This document shows, in pieces, positions 9,961 to 19,886 of a stretch of DNA of 64,000 nucleotides. The stretch's first letter is position 1; each line of letters begins with the position of its first letter. The DNA is from Planctomycetota bacterium (GTDB taxonomy: Bacteria > Planctomycetota > B15-G4 > SIAN01), in contig JANNXA010000049.1 in NCBI GenBank assembly GCA_031409275.1, positions 91,575 to 155,574 of the forward strand, written 5' to 3'. Under the pieces are notes generated by a model. The model did not search any database, was not told the origin of the DNA, and was given only the letters and a program-made list of their open reading frames with translations. Both the position numbers and the translations under genes were made by a program.

Positions 9961-10901
9961 TGCGCGCTCCCGTCAGCTGCGTGATCTCGAGCTTCAACAA
10001 GCGCGACCACGTGCTCGCCAACCTGCGCGCTCTGGCGCAACAGAGTTGCACGCCGGCCGAGGTGATCGTGGTCGACAACGCGTCGAGCGATGGCACGGCG
10101 GCGGCGGTGCGCGCGCAGTTCCCCGACGTGACGCTGATCGAGATGCCGCACTCGCGCTTCGGCGCCTGCGAGACCTTCAACCTCGGCTTCAAGGCGGCGA
10201 CGCAGGAGTTCGTGGCGATCCTCGACGATGACGTCGTCCTGCCGCCGTCCTGGATCGAGCAGTTGCTGGCGCGTTTCGGCCGCGAGCCGGCGACCACGGC
10301 GTTGATCACGACGCTGGTGATCGAGCCCGACATGCCCGACGACTACCTCGCGCGCAAGGACGTCCGCGAGGAGCGCTACCTCTGCACGTTTCGCGGCTGC
10401 GGCAGCCTCGCGCGCCGCGCGGCGCTGGCGCAGGCGGGTTGGTACGACGAGCGCCTCTTCATCTACGGCAACGAGCGCGACCTCGCCACGCGACTGCTCG
10501 ACCTCGGCCATCGGGTGCTGCTCTACCCCGAGGTCGTGACCTTCCACGCCACGCCGTTTGGCCTGAAAGCGGGGAAGCGCAGCCTCTACTACCACGTGCG
10601 CAATTTCTGGATCTATGCCTTCAAGCACTGCGCATGGAGCGACATCGTCAAGGTCGCGTGGCGTCTGGCCAGCAAGTCGCTGTTCGGCGCGAAGGGGAAG
10701 GCGACCACGACCGATCGCGACGCCGATGCCGCCGCCGCCGAGGCGACTGGCACGATCGGCTTGAACGAGTCGCTGAAGCAGACGCCCGGCGGGCTTTGGA
10801 TCGCGATCAAGGCGACGCTGAACGCGCTGCTCAACCTTCCCTATTGCCTCGCTCGCCGGCGCGTCTGCAAGGCGCCCGACTTCCGCCTGCCGGTCGGCTG
10901 A
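9960..10901 (+). CDS. Glycosyltransferase family 2
   Basis: TGATG overlap; VVDNASSDGT, ILDDD, GWYDERLFIYGNERDL. Confidence 0.88.
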   Translation: MRAPVSCVISSFNKRDHVLANLRALAQQSCTPAEVIVVDNASSDGTAAAVRAQFPDVTLIEMPHSRFGACETFNLGFKAATQEFVAILDDDVVLPPSWIEQLLARFGREPATTALITTLVIEPDMPDDYLARKDVREERYLCTFRGCGSLARRAALAQAGWYDERLFIYGNERDLATRLLDLGHRVLLYPEVVTFHATPFGLKAGKRSLYYHVRNFWIYAFKHCAWSDIVKVAWRLASKSLFGAKGKATTTDRDADAAAAEATGTIGLNESLKQTPGGLWIAIKATLNALLNLPYCLARRRVCKAPDFRLPVG

Positions 10902-10960
10902 ACTCGGCATCGGGCGCCGCGTCGCTGCCGTGAGAGGGCCGCGACGAACGGGCGCGGCTT

Positions 10961-12874
10961 GTGACGAAGCGGGCGCCGGCGGCCGGTGAGCTGCTCGGTG
11001 GCAATCGCGATGCTCGCCAGCGACGCATCGCGATGACGCAGAACATGCAGGTCGGCGACTTCGACGGCGACGGCGCGCAGGACCTCGTGGCGCGCAGCGA
11101 GCGGGGCGGCGGCACGCTCCACCTGTTTCATGCCTCCGCTGGCGGTGGCGCGCTGGCGCCGTTCGCCGAACTCGCGAGTGGCGATCCCGATGACGCGATC
11201 GGCGGCGCAGGCGGGCGCGCGACCGTCGTCGCCGAACTGACTGGAGATGGCATCGATGATCTGGTGGCGATCGCGCCGACTTTCGATGGCGCTCGCGCGG
11301 CACAGGGCGCCGCGCTGCTCTTCGCCGGCGGCCCGAACCTGGTCGGGACGCCCGCGCCCACCGCCACGCTGCTGATCCCCGCCGCGTGCAACGGCGATCG
11401 GCTCGGCGATTCGCTTGACGAGGCGCCGCTCGCGCTTGGCGACGTGACGGGCGATGGAGTCGTCGACCTTGTGGTGCAGGCTCCCTGGTGCGATCGCGGG
11501 ACGGTCCGCGACGTCGGGCGGCTGCTCCTCTTCGCCGGCGGCGCGAATCTCGTCGGCACGCCCGCGCCGTTCGCGGAACTCGACGCCGCGGCGAATGGCA
11601 GCGGCGCAGAGCTGCGGTTGCGCGACCTGGTCGACCTCGATGGCGACGGCGCGCTCGATGTGATCGGCGCAAGCAGCTCCGGGAGCTCCGGCAGCCTCTT
11701 GATCTGGTACGGCGGATTCGGGCCCGGCGCGATCGGCACCCGCGACGCCGATGCGCGTTTGGTGCTGCAACCGGCGCAAAGCGGCGTCCTTGGGCCGAGC
11801 TGGTGCGTCGACCTCGATCGCGATGGTGCGCTCGACGTGATCGCAGCGGCGCCGGCCGCCGACTACAACGGCGCGGTCGACTGCGGTCTCCTCGCCTACT
11901 GGCTGAACGGCGCACTGCAGGGCGCCGCGCGACCGACGGGACTGCTTCGCCGCGCGACGCCGCGCGCGTTCGATCTCCTGGGCGATCAGGCGGCGAACCT
12001 CGCGCTGGTCGATGTGACGGGCGATGGCGCCGATGACGTCGTGCTGCTCTCCTCGTCGGTCGACGGTGGCGCGGTCGACAGCGGCTCGATCGACGTCTGG
12101 CACGCGCGCGCTGGCATCAGCGGCGACCTGGCGCCGAGCGCGTCGCTGGAAGTGGCGGCGCCCAAGGCGGGCGAGGCGCTCGAACGCTGGCTCGCGCTCG
12201 ACGTGACCGGCGACGGAGTTCGCGACGTCGTCGCGACGGCGCCGTCGCAGTCGCGGGGGCCGCGTCCTGCCGTCGGAGCGCTGCATGTCTTCGCCGGTGG
12301 AGCGGCACTCACCGGCGGCACCACCGTTGCCCCGCTGGCGACGTTGCAGGATCCGCTGGCCGGCAGCGTCAGCGCGCTCGGTTCGACCGAGCTCGTCCCG
12401 ACCGGCTGGCTGCCGATCGACTTCGATGGCGATGGCGTGCTCGATCTGGTGGCGTCGCGGCGAATGGGGCTCGTCGGCGATGTGTTGGTCGGCTGGCGCG
12501 GCGGCGCGACCCTCTCCGGTACGCCGCCGCCGTACCTGCAGCTGCGCTCGCCGCAGCCCAACGACGGCTTCGGTCGCCCGCTGCAGGCCGACCTGGCGAG
12601 CTCGGCGGGCATCGCGCGCCTGCGGGTCGCGGACCTGACCGGCGACGGGGTCAGCGATCTGCTGGTGCCGGCGCCGGCGCGCGCGCTCGCGGGCGGTGCG
12701 AACGGCGCCGGAGCGCTCGACCTCGCCATGGCGGTCCCGCAGTGGGGCGATCGCGCGACCGGCGCGACGACCGGGGCGCTCGCCGTCGTGCGCGGACCAC
12801 TTTCGGCCGCGATCTCGATTCCCGCACTCCTCGTCGAGCCCGGACTGCTGAAGGGGGCGCAGCTCGGCCGGTGA
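10961..12874 (+). CDS. FG-GAP/VCBS (integrin alpha beta-propeller-like) repeat protein, no signal peptide
   Basis: About nine Ca-binding repeats, e.g. GDFDGDGAQDLV, ELTGDGIDDLV, GDVTGDGVVDLV, DLDGDGALDVI, DLTGDGVSDLL. Confidence 0.8.
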   Translation: MTKRAPAAGELLGGNRDARQRRIAMTQNMQVGDFDGDGAQDLVARSERGGGTLHLFHASAGGGALAPFAELASGDPDDAIGGAGGRATVVAELTGDGIDDLVAIAPTFDGARAAQGAALLFAGGPNLVGTPAPTATLLIPAACNGDRLGDSLDEAPLALGDVTGDGVVDLVVQAPWCDRGTVRDVGRLLLFAGGANLVGTPAPFAELDAAANGSGAELRLRDLVDLDGDGALDVIGASSSGSSGSLLIWYGGFGPGAIGTRDADARLVLQPAQSGVLGPSWCVDLDRDGALDVIAAAPAADYNGAVDCGLLAYWLNGALQGAARPTGLLRRATPRAFDLLGDQAANLALVDVTGDGADDVVLLSSSVDGGAVDSGSIDVWHARAGISGDLAPSASLEVAAPKAGEALERWLALDVTGDGVRDVVATAPSQSRGPRPAVGALHVFAGGAALTGGTTVAPLATLQDPLAGSVSALGSTELVPTGWLPIDFDGDGVLDLVASRRMGLVGDVLVGWRGGATLSGTPPPYLQLRSPQPNDGFGRPLQADLASSAGIARLRVADLTGDGVSDLLVPAPARALAGGANGAGALDLAMAVPQWGDRATGATTGALAVVRGPLSAAISIPALLVEPGLLKGAQLGR

Positions 12875-12956
12875 GGCGCTCGCCGGGGAGCCCGCGGGAG
12901 AAGGCGCTCGATCGCGGAGCTTGCATCGGCGGGCGGCGGCGGCCGATGATCGGGAA

Positions 12957-14021
12957 GTGCACGCACCGCCTGACGTCACCGCCACCATCTGCAACTGGAA
13001 CGGCCGCGCCTATCTCGGCGACTGCGTGCGCGCCCTGCAGGCGCAGACGCGTCCGCCGCGGCGCATCGTCGTCTACGACAACGCGTCGACCGACGGCAGC
13101 GCCGCTTGGGTGCGCGACCACTGCCCCGGGGTCGACGTGGTCGACATGGGCAGCAACCTCGGGCCGGGCGAGCCGCGCAACCGCGGCCTGTTCGAGGCGA
13201 CGAGCGAGTGGGTGGTGCAGGTCGACGCCGACGCGATCCTCGCCCCCGACTGCCTCGAGCGGTTGCTGGCCGACGCGGAGGCGACCGGCGCCGCCGTCGT
13301 CATGCCGCGCGCGCTGTTCGACGGCGACCGCCGTCGCGTGCACTACGACGGCGGTTCGTTCCACTACGTCGGCGTGATGACGCTGCGCAACTTCTTCGCG
13401 CCGCTGCCGCCACCGGAGCCCGCGCGCGACGTCGACGCGGTGATCTCGATGGCGTTGCTGATGCGGCGCGCGACGGTGGCGGCGATGGGCGGCTACGACG
13501 TCGGCTACTTCATCCTGTTCGAGGATCACGATCTCTCGTACCGATTGCGCGCCCGCGGCGAGCGGCTGCGCCTCGTTCCCGACGCGCATGTCTTCCATCG
13601 CGAAGGGACGGCGGGGCTGTCGTACCGCGAAGGGCCGACCTATCCGCAGCGGCGCGCCTATCTCCACAGCCGCAACCGCTGGCGCCTGTTGCTGCGCAAC
13701 CACTCGACGGCCGCGCTGCTGCTCGGCCTGCCGGGGATCCTCGCCTACGAGCTGATGTGGATCGCGTTCGCGACCGCGCGCGGGTTGCTCAAGCCCTATC
13801 TGCAAGGCAAGCGCGCCCTCATCGCCGAGCTGCCGGAACTGCGGCGGGCGCGACGCGAGTTGCAGCGCGCGCGCAAGGTGGGGGACGGCACGCTGCTGCG
13901 CGCCGAGAAGCTGACGCATGCCCCGATGGTGCGCCGCGGCGTCGGCGCCCGCGTCGCCGAGACGCTGCTCGACGCCTTCCTGCGCAGTTGGTGGTTCCTG
14001 ATGCGGCCGCTCCTGCCATGA
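12957..14021 (+). CDS. Glycosyltransferase family 2
   Basis: ICNWNG, YDNASTDGS, QVDAD, GGYDVGYFILFEDHDL; start codon uncertain (GTG 12957 or TTG 12921). Confidence 0.87.
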   Translation: MHAPPDVTATICNWNGRAYLGDCVRALQAQTRPPRRIVVYDNASTDGSAAWVRDHCPGVDVVDMGSNLGPGEPRNRGLFEATSEWVVQVDADAILAPDCLERLLADAEATGAAVVMPRALFDGDRRRVHYDGGSFHYVGVMTLRNFFAPLPPPEPARDVDAVISMALLMRRATVAAMGGYDVGYFILFEDHDLSYRLRARGERLRLVPDAHVFHREGTAGLSYREGPTYPQRRAYLHSRNRWRLLLRNHSTAALLLGLPGILAYELMWIAFATARGLLKPYLQGKRALIAELPELRRARRELQRARKVGDGTLLRAEKLTHAPMVRRGVGARVAETLLDAFLRSWWFLMRPLLP

Positions 14022-14944
14022 GCGCACCGCCGCTCGTTGCCGTGCTGGTGAACTACAACAGCGGGCCGGCGCTCGCCCGTTGCCTGGCGTCGCTGCGCGC
14101 CTCCGACTTCGGTGCGGCGCCGATCGTCGTCGTGGACAACGGTTCGCACGATGGCTCGGCGGCCGTCGTCGCCGCGTGGCCCGGCATCGAAGTGGTTCCG
14201 CTCGCGGTCAACGTCGGGTTCGCGGCAGGCGCCAACGTCGGGCTGCGCCGCGCGCTGGAACTTGGCGCGAGCGAGATCCTGCTGCAGAACCCCGACACCG
14301 AGGTGGCGGCGGACTTCCTCGTGCCGCTGCGCGCCGCACTTGCCGGCGGTGCCGCCGTGGCTGGCTCGAAGCTGCTGTCGCCGGGCACGCCACCGCGTCT
14401 GTGGAGCGCCGGCGGCGAGTTGACCTACGGGCGCAACCTCGCCCGCCTCACGGGCCATCGCGAGATCGATCGCGGGCAGCACGATCACGCCACCGACGTC
14501 ACCTTCCTGCCCGGCACCGTCTGGCTGCTGCGACGCGACGTGCTGGAGCAGGTCGGGATGCTCGACGAGACCTACTTCTGCTACGTCGAAGACGTCGACT
14601 ACTGCGCGCGGGTGGCGGCGGCGGGGATGCGACTGCGCTACGAGCCGCGCTCGCGCGTCGTCCACGAAGGTTCGGCGGCGAGCGGCGGCGGCTACACGCC
14701 GCTGCGCAAGTACCTCTCCGCGCGCAACGCCTTCCCGTTCCTGCGTCGCCACGGGACGCCGTGGCGGTGGCTACGCTTCCTCGTCGGCGACGTGCTGACG
14801 TTGCCCTTCGCGTTCTGCTACGCGTGGTTGCGCGGGCGGCCGGGCGCGGCGCTGTGGAAGGCGCGCGGACTGTTCGATGGCTGGCGCGGCCGACCGTTTT
14901 CGGGCGCGCGGCGCGCTGCTCTGCTGCCAGGGGACCGTGCGTGA
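14018..14944 (+). CDS. Glycosyltransferase family 2
   Basis: ATGA overlap; VLVNYN, VVDNGSHDGS, NVGFAAGAN, QNPD, GMLDETYFCYVEDVDY. Confidence 0.9.
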   Translation: MSAPPLVAVLVNYNSGPALARCLASLRASDFGAAPIVVVDNGSHDGSAAVVAAWPGIEVVPLAVNVGFAAGANVGLRRALELGASEILLQNPDTEVAADFLVPLRAALAGGAAVAGSKLLSPGTPPRLWSAGGELTYGRNLARLTGHREIDRGQHDHATDVTFLPGTVWLLRRDVLEQVGMLDETYFCYVEDVDYCARVAAAGMRLRYEPRSRVVHEGSAASGGGYTPLRKYLSARNAFPFLRRHGTPWRWLRFLVGDVLTLPFAFCYAWLRGRPGAALWKARGLFDGWRGRPFSGARRAALLPGDRA

Positions 14945-16317
14945 AGATCCTCCACGCGGTCCACTTCTTCCTGCCGCGCCACACGGGCGGAACCGAGGTC
15001 TACACGGCGCGCCTCGCGCGAGCGCAGGCGCGCCGCCACGACGTCGCGCTCTTCTACAGCGAGAAGGTCCACTCCCACCCCAACTACGACCTGCTGGCGC
15101 GCCGAGTCGAAGGACTCGATTGCCGCATCGTGGTCAACAACCTGCTCTATCCCGACTTCCGCTCGACGTTCGACAATCCGGCGATCGAGCGGCGATTCGA
15201 CGAGGTGCTCGCCGAACTCAAGCCCGACGTCGTGCACGTGCAGCACCTGATGTTGTTGTCGATGGGGATCGTCGAGCGGGCCAAGCGCCACGGCGCGCGC
15301 GTCGTGGTGACGCTGCACGACTTCTGGCTTTGGTGCGCGCGGATGGGGCAGTTGCTCGACGCCAGCGGCGCGCTCTGCCCGGGTCCCGAGCCGCAGCGCT
15401 GCAGTCGCTGCCTCGCCGACTTCCCCTACACGCAGAAGCGCGGCGCCGAGCACGCCTTCAAAGGGATGGAACTCGTGCGCCGCATGTTCGGCGTCGACCT
15501 CTCTCCGCTCGTCGAGCAGGTGCGGGGCTGGCGGCCGCTCCTGCCGCGCAAGGCGGCTGCGCGCGTGGCGGGCACGCCGCTGCCGGTCGCGACGCTGGCG
15601 CTGCGCGAGCAGCGGTCGGCGCAGTTGTTGAAGAGCGTCGACCACGTCGTCTCGCCATCGCGGATGCTCTACGAGCGGACACTCGCGGCGGGCGTTCCTC
15701 CCGAGCGCGCCACCCATCTGCCGCACGGAGTCGATCTCGCGCCGCTCGCGCCGCCGCGCCGTTACGCGCCCGCGGGCGTGACGCGCTTCGCCTTCCTCGG
15801 CACGCCGGCGCCGCACAAGGGCGTCCACGTGCTGATCGACGCGTTTCGCGCGGCTGGGCTCGATCGCGCCGAGCTCACGATCTTCGGGTCGACTCGGACC
15901 GACCCGGGCTACTGCTCCGATCTGCGCCGTCGCGCGCAAGGGCTGCGCGTGCGGTTCGCGGGCGCGCTCAAGAACTCGCAGGTGCCGGCCGCGCTGGCCG
16001 AGGTCGACGCGCTGGTGGTGCCGTCGCTGTGGTTCGAGAACTGGCCGCTGGTGGTGCAGGAGGCGCGGCTGGCGCGGGTGCCGGTGATCGCAAGCCAGAT
16101 CGGCGGTCTGGCCGAAGGGGTGCGGGACGACGTCGACGGGCTCCATTTCCAGCCGGGCGACGCTGTCGGGCTCGCTGTCGCGTTGCGACGCGTCGCCGCC
16201 GATCCGGAGCTGCTCGTCCGTTTCGCTGCGGCGGCGACATTGCCGACCGCGATGGAGCGGCATGAAGAGGTGCTGGAGCGGATCTACCGTGGCGAGACGG
16301 GTGGGGGTGCCGCGTGA
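14941..16317 (+). CDS. Glycosyltransferase family 4
   Basis: GTGA overlap; FLPRHTGGTE, PDVVHVQH, HKGVHVL, PSLWFENWPLVVQEA. Confidence 0.9.
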   Translation: MKILHAVHFFLPRHTGGTEVYTARLARAQARRHDVALFYSEKVHSHPNYDLLARRVEGLDCRIVVNNLLYPDFRSTFDNPAIERRFDEVLAELKPDVVHVQHLMLLSMGIVERAKRHGARVVVTLHDFWLWCARMGQLLDASGALCPGPEPQRCSRCLADFPYTQKRGAEHAFKGMELVRRMFGVDLSPLVEQVRGWRPLLPRKAAARVAGTPLPVATLALREQRSAQLLKSVDHVVSPSRMLYERTLAAGVPPERATHLPHGVDLAPLAPPRRYAPAGVTRFAFLGTPAPHKGVHVLIDAFRAAGLDRAELTIFGSTRTDPGYCSDLRRRAQGLRVRFAGALKNSQVPAALAEVDALVVPSLWFENWPLVVQEARLARVPVIASQIGGLAEGVRDDVDGLHFQPGDAVGLAVALRRVAADPELLVRFAAAATLPTAMERHEEVLERIYRGETGGGAA

Positions 16318-17771
16318 AGATCCTGGTGGTCACCCACGCCTATCCGCCGGAAGGGTGCGGCGGCACCGAGCGCTACGCCGAGGCGACGGCGCGCGGCCTG
16401 CTGGCGCGCGGGCATGACGTCGTGGTCTTCAGCGGCAGCCTCGAATGGCGGCCCCGGTTCGAACTCGAGCGCCGCGTCGAGGGCCCGGTGGCGGTGGCGC
16501 GCGTCCATCGCAGCGACCTCTACTTCGACCATTGGGACAAGGTCGGCGATCCGCGCGTGGCCGAGCTGTTCGAGGCGGAGCTCGACGCGTTTCGACCCGA
16601 CGTGGTCCACCTGCACCACTGGATCCGGTTGCGCCAGGATCTGGTGCGGCGCGCGGCGGCCCGCGCGATCCCCACCGTCGTCCACCTGCACGACCTCTAC
16701 GTGACCTGCCCGCGCGTCTTCCGGCTGCGGCCGGGCGCGACGCCAGCGGAGGAAGAGCGCAACTGTGACGAGCCGCTTGGCCGCGCGGCGTGCCTGAGCT
16801 GCGTGCCGCGCTGGTCGTTCCAGCGCGACGATGAAATCGGGCTCGCGCTCGATCACTACGCGAGCGAGCTTTCGGCCGAGCTGGCGGCGGCGACCCGATG
16901 CCTCGCGCCGTCGGCCTCCCATGCGCGCCGGTTGCGGACGCGCGCGCCGTCGCCGTTTGCGCTCGACGTGCTGCCGCATCCGCGCCTCCCGGGAGGAGTG
17001 CAGGCGCCCTCGCCCCGCGCGCGCAGCCCGCAAGGAGAGCTGCGCGTGCTCTTCTTCGCGACGCTCGTGCCGATGAAAGGGGCGCACGTCGTGCTGGAAG
17101 CGATGCGACAACTGGGTCAGGACAACGGCATTTCGCTCGACGTGCACGGCGCCTTCGCGACGCCCGCGTACGAGGCTCGACTGCGTGCGCTCGCGCAAGG
17201 GCAGCAGGTCCGGTTCCATGGCGGTTACGTCGTCGACGAGCCGTGCCGCACGCCGGCCGATGTGGTGGTGGTGCCGTCGCTGGCGCCGGAGTCCTATTCG
17301 TTCTGGCTCGATGAAGCGGGCCGCACCGGGTTGCCGATCGTGGCCGCGGCGAGCGGCGCGATTCCGGAGCGCGTCGCGGGGCAACCGGGTCGCAGCCGCG
17401 TGAAGCTCGTGGCGCCGGGCGATGTCGCTGCGCTCGCGTCGGCGTTGCGTGAACTGCGCGACGATCTGGCGGCGCGCGAGGCGTTGGCGGCGGGGAATGC
17501 GCCAGAGGGGATGGACCTCGAGGAGCATCTGGCGGCGCTGGAGGCGTGCTACGCCGCGGCGCTGCAAGCGGGCGCGCCAGCGGTGGCGGCGCCGGCGGCG
17601 CCGGCGGCTCTGCGTCACGACTGGGATCGCCGCGAGCTGCTCTTCCGCGAACTGCTCCGCAGCGACGGTTGGGAGGCGCTGCTGGCGCGCCAGCAGGCGG
17701 AGCTCGAAGCGCTGCGTCGCGAAAAGAGTGGAGCGCCCCCTGGCTCGCCGGCCGAAAGGGGGGGCACCTAG
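16314..17771 (+). CDS. Glycosyltransferase family 4 with helical C-terminal tail
   Basis: GTGA overlap; YPPEGCGGTE, PDVVHLHH, MKGAHV, PSLAPESYSFWLDEA. Confidence 0.88.
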   Translation: MKILVVTHAYPPEGCGGTERYAEATARGLLARGHDVVVFSGSLEWRPRFELERRVEGPVAVARVHRSDLYFDHWDKVGDPRVAELFEAELDAFRPDVVHLHHWIRLRQDLVRRAAARAIPTVVHLHDLYVTCPRVFRLRPGATPAEEERNCDEPLGRAACLSCVPRWSFQRDDEIGLALDHYASELSAELAAATRCLAPSASHARRLRTRAPSPFALDVLPHPRLPGGVQAPSPRARSPQGELRVLFFATLVPMKGAHVVLEAMRQLGQDNGISLDVHGAFATPAYEARLRALAQGQQVRFHGGYVVDEPCRTPADVVVVPSLAPESYSFWLDEAGRTGLPIVAAASGAIPERVAGQPGRSRVKLVAPGDVAALASALRELRDDLAAREALAAGNAPEGMDLEEHLAALEACYAAALQAGAPAVAAPAAPAALRHDWDRRELLFRELLRSDGWEALLARQQAELEALRREKSGAPPGSPAERGGT

Positions 17772-17775
17772 ACGC

Positions 17776-19050
17776 ATGCGCATCCTCCTCGTCACCGCAG
17801 GTTTCCTTCCGGACGGGCTCGGCGGCGTCGAGCTCGCGCTGGCCCGTTTCTGCAAGTGGGCGCAGCGCCAGGGCCATGAGGTGCTGGTCTATCGCCGTTT
17901 CGACGTCGAGGCGGAGCCCGACTACGCGCGCCATGAGGCGCTGGTCGACGGCATTCCGGTGGTCGGCATCAACTACCGGTTCCGCGATGCGACGACGTTC
18001 CAGCACCTGGTCGAGAACGCGGCGCAGAAGCAGGCCTTCGATGACGTCTGCGCCGGCTTCCGACCCGACGTCGTGCACGTGCATCACGTCACCTGCCTCA
18101 CGACCGAGGTGGTCGAGGCGAGCCAGGCGCGCGGCGTGCCGGTGGTCTTCTCGCTGCACGACTACTGGATGGGCTGCCCGCGCGGACAACGGATCCGCGC
18201 GGACCTTTCGTATTGCCCGACCATCGAGCCGACGCGCTGCATCAGCTGCTATCGCGAGACCTGGCCCCACTGGTTCCAGAAGGAGCCCGATCGCACCTTC
18301 GACCATCGCGTGTTCGGCGACTATCAGGCGCGCATCCGCGAGACGCTCGAACGCGCCGATGCGCTGGTGGCGCCGTCGCCGTTCGCGCGGCGCGTCTTCG
18401 CGCGCGAGGGGATTCCCGCGGACCGCATCGAGGTCATCGAGTACGGCATGGAGGTCGACGCCTACCGCGGCGTGGCCCGCGTCCCGGCCGCCCATTTCCG
18501 CGTCGGCTTCCTCGGCACGATCCTGCCGAGCAAAGGGGTCCATCTGCTGATCGACGCGTTCCAGCGCATCGGCGCCGCCGATCTGTCGCTCGACCTGCAC
18601 GGACCGATCCTGCCGTTCCACCAGGATCGCACCTATGGCGAGCGGCTCGCGCAGCAGGTGCGCGGCTGGGAGGATCAGATCACCTTCCACGGCGCCTATC
18701 GGCCCGAGCAGACGCCGGCGCTGCTCGCCGGCCTCGACGCGCTTGTGGTGCCGTCGATCTGGTATGAGACCTACTGCATGGTGATCCGCGAGGGGTTCCT
18801 CGCGGGAGTGCCCGTCATCGCGAGCAATTTCGGCGCGATGGCGGAGTCGATCGAGGACGAAACGACAGGGCTCCTGTTCGGCATGGGCGACAGCGTCGAC
18901 CTTGGCCGGAAGCTGGAGCGACTCGCGCGCGACCGCGAGCTTTGGCAGCGCCTCGCGACCAGCGCGAAGCGGGTCTCGACCACCGAGGAGAACGGCGCGT
19001 CGACGATCGCCGTCTACGAGAGGACACTGCGTGGCCGCCGACGCGTCTGA
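17776..19050 (+). CDS. Glycosyltransferase family 4
   Basis: FLPDGLGGVE, PDVVHVHH, SKGVHLL, PSIWYETYCMVIREG. Confidence 0.9.
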   Translation: MRILLVTAGFLPDGLGGVELALARFCKWAQRQGHEVLVYRRFDVEAEPDYARHEALVDGIPVVGINYRFRDATTFQHLVENAAQKQAFDDVCAGFRPDVVHVHHVTCLTTEVVEASQARGVPVVFSLHDYWMGCPRGQRIRADLSYCPTIEPTRCISCYRETWPHWFQKEPDRTFDHRVFGDYQARIRETLERADALVAPSPFARRVFAREGIPADRIEVIEYGMEVDAYRGVARVPAAHFRVGFLGTILPSKGVHLLIDAFQRIGAADLSLDLHGPILPFHQDRTYGERLAQQVRGWEDQITFHGAYRPEQTPALLAGLDALVVPSIWYETYCMVIREGFLAGVPVIASNFGAMAESIEDETTGLLFGMGDSVDLGRKLERLARDRELWQRLATSAKRVSTTEENGASTIAVYERTLRGRRRV

Positions 19051-19051
19051 A

Positions 19052-19747
19052 ATGAAGCGCCCGCTCAAGCTCTCGGTCGTGATGCCCTGCTACAACGAGC
19101 GGGGCACCATCGAGCAGATCCTCGAACGGGTCGCCGCGACTCCCTACGACAAGGAGATCATCGTCGTCGACGATGGCAGCAAGGACGGCACGCGCGAACT
19201 GCTGCGTCAGCTCGAGCCGAAGTACGGACTGAAGCTGATCTTCCACGAGCAGAACAAGGGCAAGGGCGGCGCGCTCGCCACCGGCTTCAAGGCCGCGACC
19301 GGCGACGTGGTGTTGATCCAGGACGCCGACCTCGAGTACGACCCCTCCGACTACCCGGCGTTGCTCAAGCCGATCGAGGAGGGGAAGGCCGACGTCGTGT
19401 TCGGTTCGCGCTTCCTCGCCGGAACGCACCGCTGCCACCTCTTCTGGCACTACGTGGGCAACAAGTTCCTCACCTTCGTCAGCAACGTCTTCACCAACCT
19501 GAACCTCACCGACATGGAGACCTGCTACAAGGTCTTCCGCGCCGACGTCGCGAAGAAGATCGACATCGAGTCGCAGCGGTTTGGCGTCGAGCCCGAGCTC
19601 ACCGCGAAGGTCGCCAAGCTCAAGTGCCGCGTCTACGAGGTCCCCGTGAGCTACTACGGCCGCGACTACGCCAGCGGCAAGAAGATCCGCCCCAGCGACG
19701 CCTTCGAGGCGCTGTGGGTGATCGTGAAGTTCAACCTCTTCCGCTGA
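19052..19747 (+). CDS. Polyprenol-phosphate glycosyltransferase, GT2 DPM1-like
   Basis: LSVVMPCYNE, VDDGSKDGT, NKGKGGAL, IQDADLEYDP, VFGSRF, TDMETCYK, FGVEPE. Confidence 0.92.
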   Translation: MKRPLKLSVVMPCYNERGTIEQILERVAATPYDKEIIVVDDGSKDGTRELLRQLEPKYGLKLIFHEQNKGKGGALATGFKAATGDVVLIQDADLEYDPSDYPALLKPIEEGKADVVFGSRFLAGTHRCHLFWHYVGNKFLTFVSNVFTNLNLTDMETCYKVFRADVAKKIDIESQRFGVEPELTAKVAKLKCRVYEVPVSYYGRDYASGKKIRPSDAFEALWVIVKFNLFR

Positions 19748-19754
19748 ACTCGTT

Positions 19755-19886
19755 GCGCCCGCCGAACTGGTGGCGCCCGCCGAACTGGTGGCGCCCGCAA
19801 GCCTGCGGGCGCGGGAGTTGGTGCGCATCGCGCGGGCCGCTCGGGCGCGGGAGTTGGCGCGCACCGCGAGGGGCGCTCGGGCGCGG
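19755..19886. repeat. Two adjacent short tandem repeats (18-bp and 36-bp units) joined by a hairpin
   Basis: GCGCCCGCCGAACTGGTG x2 plus partial (19755-19798); 36-bp unit CGGGCGCGGGAGTTGG... x2 (imperfect) plus partial (19806-19886); inverted repeat GCGCCCGCA/TGCGGGCGC at 19791-19812. Confidence 0.85.

Noticed and set aside
17758..17764. G7 run where a one-base loss would fuse two GT4 genes
   Set aside because: The tract is short, both genes are complete, and the downstream gene has its own ATG. No evidence of slippage.
19755..19886. Possible mini CRISPR array
   Set aside because: Units are directly tandem with no unique spacers, and there are no cas genes.
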